DNA of 60,601 nucleotides from an uncultured Eggerthellaceae bacterium (GTDB lineage Bacteria; Actinomycetota; Coriobacteriia; Coriobacteriales; Eggerthellaceae): NCBI GenBank assembly GCA_910585565.1, contig CAJUFC010000156.1, positions 1 to 60,601 of the forward strand, read 5' to 3'. Shown piece by piece: positions 54,245 to 60,601 of this stretch (position 1 is its first letter; each line of letters starts with the position of its first letter). The notes under the pieces were generated by a model. It saw only the letters and a program-made list of their open reading frames with translations, ran no database searches and was not told where the DNA came from. The position numbers and the translations under genes were made by a program.

Positions 54245-54577
54245 ATGACCCGCAAGGCTATGCTCATCGATTACCAATGGTGCACCGGCTGCCATACCTG
54301 CGAGGTTGCCTGCCAAATGGAGTACGGCTTCGCCCCCGAGCAGAGCGGCATCGTAGTGAACGAGGTCGGGCCGTGGAAGATCTCTGAAGGCGTCTGGCAG
54401 TACGACTACGTGCCGCACCTCTCAAGGCAGTGCACCCTTTGCGCCTCTAGGCTCGAAGCCGGCAAGAAGGCCGCATGTGAGCAGCATTGCCAGGCGCGAT
54501 GCATCAAGGTGGGCGACATTGACGAGCTCAAGGAGATCGCGGAGGGAAAGCCCACCCAGGTTCTGATAATCCCGTAG
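54245..54577 (+). CDS. Small 4Fe-4S ferredoxin-type subunit (110 aa)
   Basis: CTGCHTCEVAC and CTLC...CEQHCQARC Cys clusters. 2 nt after the catalytic subunit stop. Confidence 0.85.
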   Translation: MTRKAMLIDYQWCTGCHTCEVACQMEYGFAPEQSGIVVNEVGPWKISEGVWQYDYVPHLSRQCTLCASRLEAGKKAACEQHCQARCIKVGDIDELKEIAEGKPTQVLIIP

Positions 54578-54652
54578 CCGCCGCGTTCGCGGCCGTTTCC
54601 GGCGGGGGCAGGCGACTCGCTGCGCCCCCGCCCATGCAGAGGAGGTCTACCC

Positions 54653-55141
54653 ATGAAAGCAAGAGCGTTTGTCTGGGGCGTCATCGTCAACCTGATGCTG
54701 TCGTTCTTCTTGTCGCTCATAGTCGGCATCGCCACCAACATCTACAACGAGATGCCCGTCAACCTCGACACCGTCGCCATGCCGCTGCTCTACGGAACGA
54801 TCATCGGCACGCTCACCACCACGATCATCCCCGTCAACAGGATCGGCATCAGGTTCGCAACGTGGCAAGGGGCTCCCCAAGGCTCCGCGCTTTGCGGAAT
54901 CTACAAGAACTTCGTCATCCTGGCCTTCATGGTCCCCATCATGAACTTCTTCGTGACCGGGCTCATGATCGGCTTCGGGACGCAAGAGTTCGTCAACGCA
55001 TGGCTCTATCCCATCATTTTCGTCTATCCCGTCGGCTATATCGTCTCGCTGCTGGGCGAGCCCATCGCCATGGCCGTGGCCAGCTTCGTGACCCGGTTCG
55101 ACCCGACGAAGGCGCAGCGCGAGGAAAGCGTCGGGGTCTAG
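54653..55141 (+). CDS. Four-TM membrane protein (DUF2798-like), third gene of the Mo-enzyme cluster
   Basis: 162 aa and hydrophobic. The family call is tentative. Confidence 0.65.
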   Translation: MKARAFVWGVIVNLMLSFFLSLIVGIATNIYNEMPVNLDTVAMPLLYGTIIGTLTTTIIPVNRIGIRFATWQGAPQGSALCGIYKNFVILAFMVPIMNFFVTGLMIGFGTQEFVNAWLYPIIFVYPVGYIVSLLGEPIAMAVASFVTRFDPTKAQREESVGV

Positions 55142-55363
55142 CGCAATTGGCATCCCTTCTTTCCCTCTATCGCTTCATCCTTCCCTAACTTCATCCTTCT
55201 TTCTCTCGGCCACCGGGACTCCTAGCCCGGTGGCCACTTTCTTGGGAGGGAGGGGGCGGCGGTGGGGCGAGGCAGAGAGCCATGCCCAATGGCCCATCTT
55301 GCCGATCCGTCCGTAGCGTTCGCCGAAGCAGTGCGTCAATTGGTCGGGCCTATCCCGCCCTCG

Positions 55364-56407
55364 CTACGCCACCTCTTCCAGCCGCCCGATGGCCCAGTCG
55401 ATCGCCTTCAGCACGTCCGGGTTGCCGCAGGCGTCGCGCGCCCGGCGCAGCGCCGGCAGGTGCGCGGCGTCGCCCGTGTTGCCGAGCACCACGGCGGCGT
55501 TGCGCCGGAAGATGTCCAGGTCCTTGATGTAGTTGTACATGATGGGGCGCACGACGGAGTCGTAGTAGGCCTCGTCCAGCTCAAGCACCCGCTCGAGGTC
55601 GAACTCCTCGGCAAGCGCCTCGAGGAAGGGGTCCTTCGCCTTCGCGGTCGCCAGCACACCGCGATTGCGCGGACAGACCTCCTGGCAGGCGTCGCAGCCA
55701 TGGATGCGCTCGCCCATCGACGCCCAGATGCCCTCCTGCGCGCCCGGCGCGAACCGCTGGTTGTTGAACAGGATGCACCGGTCGAGATCCAGTTCGCACG
55801 GGGCCGCCATGGCGCCGGTCGGGCACGCCCTCACGCAGAGGTCGCACCCTTCCGGGCAGCCGTTTTCCGCCCCGAAGGCGCCCGGCCCGGTCGGCTCGAG
55901 CTCGCGGTCCACCAGAAACGTGACCAGGATGACGAACGAGCCATCCTGCTCGGTGTAGGCGAAGTTGTTGTTGCCGTAGGTGGTGATGCCGGCCTCGGCG
56001 CACACGAGCCGCTGCGGCATGCGGAACTGGTCGCGCTCGACGCGCATGCCGAGCCCCTCCAGAAACGACGCCAGCTCCTCCACCTGGAAGGCGTGGACGG
56101 TGCCGGGCTGCGGCGAGTACGCTCGCGCGAGGTAGGCCCGCGCCACCGAGCGCCGAAGCGCGGCCGGGTAGTCGATCGACGCGAACCCAAGCGTGGCGCA
56201 CACGACGCTTCTCGCCCACGGGTTCAGCGTCCGCGTCTTGCTGAGCCGCACGAGCAGCGCGTCGTCGGCGTCGGCGAAGATGCCGCAGTTCGGACGGCGG
56301 CGCGCCTGCTCGAGGTACTCGGGATAGTCGCGCACGGCCGCGAAGCCGACGTTGGAGAAACCCAGCTCCAACCCCTTGCGCTCGATCTGCTCCTCTATGC
56401 TGCCCAT
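55364..56407 (-). CDS. Epoxyqueuosine reductase (QueG)-like Fe-S protein with C-terminal HEAT/PBS-lyase repeats
   Basis: CPEGCDLCVRACPTGA and CDACQEVCPRN ferredoxin motifs. C-terminal RRNAAVVLGNTGDAAHLPALRRA. Confidence 0.75.
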   Translation of the reverse strand: MGSIEEQIERKGLELGFSNVGFAAVRDYPEYLEQARRRPNCGIFADADDALLVRLSKTRTLNPWARSVVCATLGFASIDYPAALRRSVARAYLARAYSPQPGTVHAFQVEELASFLEGLGMRVERDQFRMPQRLVCAEAGITTYGNNNFAYTEQDGSFVILVTFLVDRELEPTGPGAFGAENGCPEGCDLCVRACPTGAMAAPCELDLDRCILFNNQRFAPGAQEGIWASMGERIHGCDACQEVCPRNRGVLATAKAKDPFLEALAEEFDLERVLELDEAYYDSVVRPIMYNYIKDLDIFRRNAAVVLGNTGDAAHLPALRRARDACGNPDVLKAIDWAIGRLEEVA

Positions 56408-56564
56408 GGCGCCCTCCGAAGCTGCGTGCCGATGGCGAAATCAAGGCCATTATACTCCCCGCCCAGATCGCCGCCTCGCCATGAGGCATTTGGTGCGGCC
56501 CTTTGCCCCTCAGGCGACCTGGCGCCGCCTGAAGCTGCGGGCCGCCAGCAGCGAGCCACCGACA

Positions 56565-56590
56565 GACACGGGGGACGGTTCTCTGTGTTA
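56565..56590. repeat. REP-like palindromic repeat copy
   Basis: GACACGGGGGACGGTTCTCTGTGTTA. Confidence 0.8.
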
Positions 56591-56760
56591 GGCGCAATCG
56601 CATTCGGGTATACTTGCAGCTACACCGATGCATCTCGGTCGATAGAGCAACACGCTCGCAATGCGCAAGTCAACGCTTCGAGTTCGCTCATCGGCCCTAT
56701 TGCACGCAAGGCCGGCCCAACACAAGCCGGCCTTTCTCGTAGCCAGCGAAGGAGTCCACC

Positions 56761-57513
56761 ATGCAAAATCTTGACGGCAGAGTCGCAATCGTCACAGGCG
56801 CAAGCTCGGGGGTGGGCCGCGGGCTGGCCACTGTGCTCGCGCGACAGGGCGCCAAGGTGTGCGCCTGCGCCCGCCGGCTTGAGAACCTGAACGACCTCAA
56901 GGACGAGATGTCCAAAGAAGGCGCAGAGGTGCTGCCCGTCGTATGCGACGTGACCGACCCGGCCCAGATCAAGGCCGCCGTTGCGGCGTGCGTCGATCAT
57001 TTCGGCGGCGTGGACATCCTGGTGAACTGCGCCCAGGGCTCCATGCTCTACCGCGAGATCAACGACATCGACGTGGAGTACGCGCTCACCGCCTACAAGA
57101 GCGGCGCCTTGGCCTCGCTGCTGTTCATGCAGGAGTGCTACCCGCACCTCAAGGCCAGCGGACATGGTCGCATCATCAACACCGCCTCGGCCGCCGGCTA
57201 CGACGGCAACTCCGGGTTCGGCGCCTACGGCATGGCGAAGGAGGCCATCCGCGCCATCACCCGCACGGCCGCCCGCGAATGGGGGCGCGACGGCATCACC
57301 GCCAACGTGTTTCTGCCCATCATCGCCACCGACACCTTCCGCGAGACGCAGCCCGAGGCCCTGAAGAGCCTGGAGGGCAAGGCGCTCGTGGGCTACATCG
57401 GCACGACCGAGAAGGACTGCGCCCCGCTCATCGTGTTCCTCGTGAGCGACGACGGCGCCTACCTCACCGGCCAGTCCTTCATGGTCGACGGCGGCATCCA
57501 CCTGCATTCGTAA
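56761..57513 (+). CDS. SDR family oxidoreductase
   Basis: TGASSGVGRG and YGMAKEA motifs. Confidence 0.9.
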   Translation: MQNLDGRVAIVTGASSGVGRGLATVLARQGAKVCACARRLENLNDLKDEMSKEGAEVLPVVCDVTDPAQIKAAVAACVDHFGGVDILVNCAQGSMLYREINDIDVEYALTAYKSGALASLLFMQECYPHLKASGHGRIINTASAAGYDGNSGFGAYGMAKEAIRAITRTAAREWGRDGITANVFLPIIATDTFRETQPEALKSLEGKALVGYIGTTEKDCAPLIVFLVSDDGAYLTGQSFMVDGGIHLHS

Positions 57514-57606
57514 ACGCCGGGCAGGCTAGCGCAGGCGACAGGGCACGGGCGATGATGCGACGAGCGCCCGCCACATCGACCGCTCGTCGCGGAAAGGAAG
57601 GCTCGC

Positions 57607-58494
57607 ATGCATTTCGCCGAAGAACCCCACAGGCTCGGGTTCGAGCGCGCATCGGCGCTGCTTCAGGTGCAGGTCGGGTGCACGTGGGGGAAGTGCCTCT
57701 ACTGCGCTGTGTGCTCGCGGCATCCCGGTCCTGCCGAGGTCACACCGCTCGAAGAAGTGGCGGAGGACTTGGACGAACTTGCGCAGAATTGGCGCGCCTA
57801 CGACCGCGTCTTCCTGTACGGACCGAACCCCTTCGGCATGCCGCACGGGCAACTCGTCAAGCGCTTGGGGCTCATCTGCGAGAAGCTGCCGAGCGCGAAG
57901 TCGATCGGAGGCTTCGCGTGCGTCGCCGACATACAGGCGCGATCGGATGCCGAACTTGCGGAATGGGCGGCGCTCGGGGCGGACGGGCTGTCGATCGGAG
58001 CCGAATCGGGGTATGACCCAGCCCTCAAGTTCATGCGCAAGCCACAACGAGCCGCCGACCTCGAGGAGCAGTGCGCACGGCTCGATGCCGCTGGAATCAC
58101 CTACACGCTGTTCTATCTGGCAGGCATGGCAGGCAAGGGCAAAGGCGCCGAGAATGCGAAGGCGTCCGCCGAGGCGTTCAACCGCATCGACCCCTACCGC
58201 ATCAACGTGATGACCATGTCCGTCTTCGAAGGCACCCCACTCTATGAAATGGTGCAGCGCGGCGAGTTCGAACCAGCATCGGAGCGCGAGAACTTCCTGG
58301 AGATGCGCGATTTCATAGCCGGACTCACCGATTGCGAGACGTTCATCGACACGGGGCACGACGTGAACCTGGTGCGCTTCGACGGCGTGCTGCCGCGCGA
58401 CCGCGAGGGCATGGTCGCGCTGCTCGAGCTGCGCGCCGAACGCGCTAACGAGAGCATGCTGGCGGATTACCGCTCGCGGATGCGCAGCTTCTGA
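57607..58494 (+). CDS. Radical SAM protein (stand-alone)
   Basis: CTWGKCLYCAV (CxxxCxxC) near the N-terminus. 295 aa. Confidence 0.8.
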   Translation: MHFAEEPHRLGFERASALLQVQVGCTWGKCLYCAVCSRHPGPAEVTPLEEVAEDLDELAQNWRAYDRVFLYGPNPFGMPHGQLVKRLGLICEKLPSAKSIGGFACVADIQARSDAELAEWAALGADGLSIGAESGYDPALKFMRKPQRAADLEEQCARLDAAGITYTLFYLAGMAGKGKGAENAKASAEAFNRIDPYRINVMTMSVFEGTPLYEMVQRGEFEPASERENFLEMRDFIAGLTDCETFIDTGHDVNLVRFDGVLPRDREGMVALLELRAERANESMLADYRSRMRSF

Positions 58495-58520
58495 GCAAGC
58501 CCGCATAGCGCAGGGGATAT

Positions 58521-58563
58521 GGCGCAAAGAGCACATAGAACCGTCCCCTGTGCTCTTTGCGCC
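58521..58563. repeat. Extended REP-like hairpin (15-bp stem)
   Basis: GGCGCAAAGAGCACA-TAGAACCGTCCCC-TGTGCTCTTTGCGCC. Confidence 0.8.
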
Positions 58564-58632
58564 GGTATGCCAAGAAGGTCAGCTCTATCGGTCTCGGGTC
58601 ACTTTTGGACAACGGAGAGCAGGAAGAGACAC

Positions 58633-59049
58633 ATGGGAAAACAGTACGTCCCTTTGGAACAGCCGCTCAAGCAATTCATCGACTGGGAATGCAACGCAGG
58701 ATGCATCGCAAGCGATCGGATAACCGTCGATGAGTGCAAGGTGGGCTACATGGCGCGCAGCGAACCCCTAGCCAACGGGCCCGACTGCGGCTGGCGATTC
58801 TGGGCGGATGATGAAGATGAAGCGTATACGAACGATGCGTCTCATTTCGCCGTCTTCCACACCAACACTATCTGCAATTATGACCCTGATATAGTGCCGT
58901 TCTTGGAGGCGCCATGCGGCAGCGAATTCGTACGCGACGAAACGGCAGTGGCTCATTTCGCGCCCGGCAACGAGCTCGCTTTCGCGTGGCTGATGGAGAC
59001 GAACATAGACCTGCTCGAGCGGGTGGACAGGCTGTCGCGATCCCGTTGA
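58633..59049 (+). CDS. DUF2185/Imm33-like protein
   Basis: GPDCGWRFWADDEDEAYTNDASHFAVFHTNTICNYDPDIVPFLEAPCGSEF resembles the DSGW..G.E pattern of DUF2185. The family call is from memory. Confidence 0.55.
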   Translation: MGKQYVPLEQPLKQFIDWECNAGCIASDRITVDECKVGYMARSEPLANGPDCGWRFWADDEDEAYTNDASHFAVFHTNTICNYDPDIVPFLEAPCGSEFVRDETAVAHFAPGNELAFAWLMETNIDLLERVDRLSRSR

Positions 59050-59180
59050 CCTATCACCAGGCACAGAAGCGCCACACCAGGCCGTAGGCGGATGACCGGG
59101 CGGCAAATGAATGCTCTTCTTGCGTGCAGGCGAAGGGCAAGCGACTGCTCGGCTCTTTTCGCCTCTGGCGGGCACAAACA

Positions 59181-59220
59181 GCACAGGGGACAAATGGCAC
59201 AAGGGACGCTCCCCCGTGCT
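59181..59220. repeat. Degenerate REP-like copy
   Basis: GCACAGGGGACAAATGGCACAAGGGACGCTCCCCCGTGCT. Confidence 0.6.
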
Positions 59221-59582
59221 ATTCTGACCGTGTCACCCAGGCGTCGCTCGTGAGAATCCCTTGAAATGACCGAGGAAAAGAGGGCAGGAAGCGGCATAGT
59301 GATTGACCGACGCGGGCGTAGTTCATTGGTAGAATTTCAGCTTCCCAAGCTGCTAGCGAGGTAAGCGCCCGCGAAACACGCGAAACGCGTGGTCGAGAAA
59401 TGCCCAGCTCAGAACCATGACTTCTGAAACTTGGGAAACCCTTCTCCCTTCTTGGCTTTTCGAGAAACCCCGATATTTCCAGTGCGCTTCCAGTATTTTC
59501 GCGAAACGCACGTCCATCGCACATTGCGCGAGGGCCGTCTGACCTCCCGATGCGGGCAACCGCAGAAGGAGGCGCATGAGCC

Positions 59583-60368
59583 ATGCCATGCAGGACCATC
59601 GCAGTAGCGAACCAGAAGGGCGGCACGGGAAAGACCGTCACCACCTTGAGCCTGGGGATAGCCCTCGCGCATCGCGGGAAGAGGGTGCTCCTCGTGGACA
59701 CCGACCCGCAGGGCGACCTCACCAAGTCGCTCGGCTGGAAGGACCCCGACTCGCTTGAGGTGACGATCGCGAACCACCTGGGCGCGGTCATCGAGGGCGA
59801 GGGGACGGACCCCCGCGAGGGCATCCTCTCCCACAAGGAGGGCATCGACCTGATGCCCGCGAACATCGAGCTGGCGGGCATGGAGATGCCCGTCCTCATG
59901 GCGATGTCGCGCGAGCAGCTGATAAACGTGTGGGTTTCGCCCCTCAAGGGAGACTACGACTTCATACTCTTCGATTGCGCGCCCACGCTCGGCATCATCC
60001 CTGTGAACGCCTTCGTCGCGTCTGACAGCGTGCTCATACCGGTGTCGGTGGAGTACCTTCCCGCCTCCGCCATGGTCGGCCTGCTCGGCACCATCGGGTG
60101 CGTGAGGCGGCAGATCAATCCCGCCCTGGCCGTCGAGGGCATACTGCTCACGCTGTTCGACAGCCGCAACAACCTCGCCCACGAGGTCGAGCAGACCATC
60201 CGCGATCAGTACGGCAGCGCCTACCGCGTGTTCGACACGGTGATCCCCAGGGCGGTATCGGCCGCCGAGGCGCCTTCCGTGGGCGCGAGCATCTTCGCCT
60301 ACGACGGGCGCGGCAAAGTGGCGAGCGCCTTCGAGCGCCTTGCCGAGGAGGTGGTCTGCCGTGAGTAG
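59583..60368 (+). CDS. parA: ParA/Soj-family partition ATPase
   Basis: Deviant Walker A IAVANQKGGTGKTVT. 261 aa. Confidence 0.9.
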   Translation: MPCRTIAVANQKGGTGKTVTTLSLGIALAHRGKRVLLVDTDPQGDLTKSLGWKDPDSLEVTIANHLGAVIEGEGTDPREGILSHKEGIDLMPANIELAGMEMPVLMAMSREQLINVWVSPLKGDYDFILFDCAPTLGIIPVNAFVASDSVLIPVSVEYLPASAMVGLLGTIGCVRRQINPALAVEGILLTLFDSRNNLAHEVEQTIRDQYGSAYRVFDTVIPRAVSAAEAPSVGASIFAYDGRGKVASAFERLAEEVVCRE

Positions 60369-60601
60369 GAAGAAGGTTCCCATAGCGCTGCCCGGCGTGG
60401 ACGACCTGTTCACCTCGCAGGGCGAGCGCGACGGCTCCGCGATTGGCGGCGTGTCGGACATCCCGCTGGCGGCCATCGACCCGTTCCCCGGCCATCCCTT
60501 CCAGGTGAGAGACGACGAGGAGATGGCGCGGCTCGCGGAGAGCGTCGCAGAGAACGGCGTGCTCGTGCCGCTCACGGTGCGGGCTGCGGGGCCGGAGCGC
60601 T
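60361..60601 (+). CDS. parB: ParB/Srx-domain protein, partial (runs off the window)
   Basis: GTG start overlapping the parA stop. IPLAAIDPFPGHPFQVRDDEEMARLAESVAENGVLVPLTV is a ParB N-terminal box. Confidence 0.75.
   Translation, partial: MSRKKVPIALPGVDDLFTSQGERDGSAIGGVSDIPLAAIDPFPGHPFQVRDDEEMARLAESVAENGVLVPLTVRAAGPER

Noticed and set aside
57607-58494. Second radical SAM gene as part of a peptide-modification or defence system
   Set aside because: It stands alone between an SDR gene and a DUF2185-like gene, bounded by REP-like elements. It has no SPASM or RRE domain, and no adjacent precursor or partner genes are visible.
4216-59220. Whether the recurrent CACAGGGGACGGTTCCCTGTG copies form a CRISPR array
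   Set aside because: The copies are palindromic, occur in both orientations, are irregularly spaced by kilobases, are separated by ordinary genes, and have no cas genes nearby.

Overview
High-G+C window whose gene content (many LysR-linked molybdopterin oxidoreductase, AKR and SDR cassettes, plus a recurrent palindromic intergenic repeat) suggests a Coriobacteriia/Eggerthellaceae-like gut anaerobe. That taxonomic call is inference only. Layout: (1) 1-4.7 kb is chromosomal: a glycine riboswitch with an AGCS symporter, a TetR plus membrane protein pair, and a GIY-YIG gene. (2) About 4.7-39.5 kb is a minus-strand, siphovirus-like prophage that looks decayed. From the right end it carries integrase, a CI/Cro switch, Xis, a replication module and TerS, then a ~0.9 kb hairpin-dense spacer and a frameshifted TerL, followed by portal, scaffold, capsid, connectors, Dit/Tal, a collagen-like fibre, a BspA-LRR protein, holin and lysin. 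No tail tube or tape-measure gene is visible. (3) About 14.7 kb of mosaic cargo sits between the portal and scaffold genes. It contains an Abi_2 gene, an IS256-superfamily IS with perfect 27-bp inverted repeats and an 8-bp target duplication, a lipoprotein DNase, XRE regulators and a small serine recombinase. It also contains a ~9 kb visibly AT-rich island (about 14.9-24.2 kb). (4) 39.5-60.6 kb is chromosomal: LysR, LytTR/DUF3021, a PadR-DUF1048-ABC operon, AKR/SDR genes, a signal-less Mo-bisPGD oxidoreductase cluster, a QueG-like gene, a radical SAM gene and ParAB. The most interesting candidate is the AT-rich island. It encodes a soluble FtsK/EssC-like ATPase, two membrane proteins and three small helical WXG100/LXG-like proteins, one of them fused to an HNH/EndoVII (WHH-like) nuclease domain. 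It has no recognisable immunity gene and no canonical T7SS membrane core. It is preceded by a radical SAM/SPASM module and a possible invertible promoter next to the recombinase. All calls come from reading the ORF translations and the sequence by eye. No searches or computations were run.
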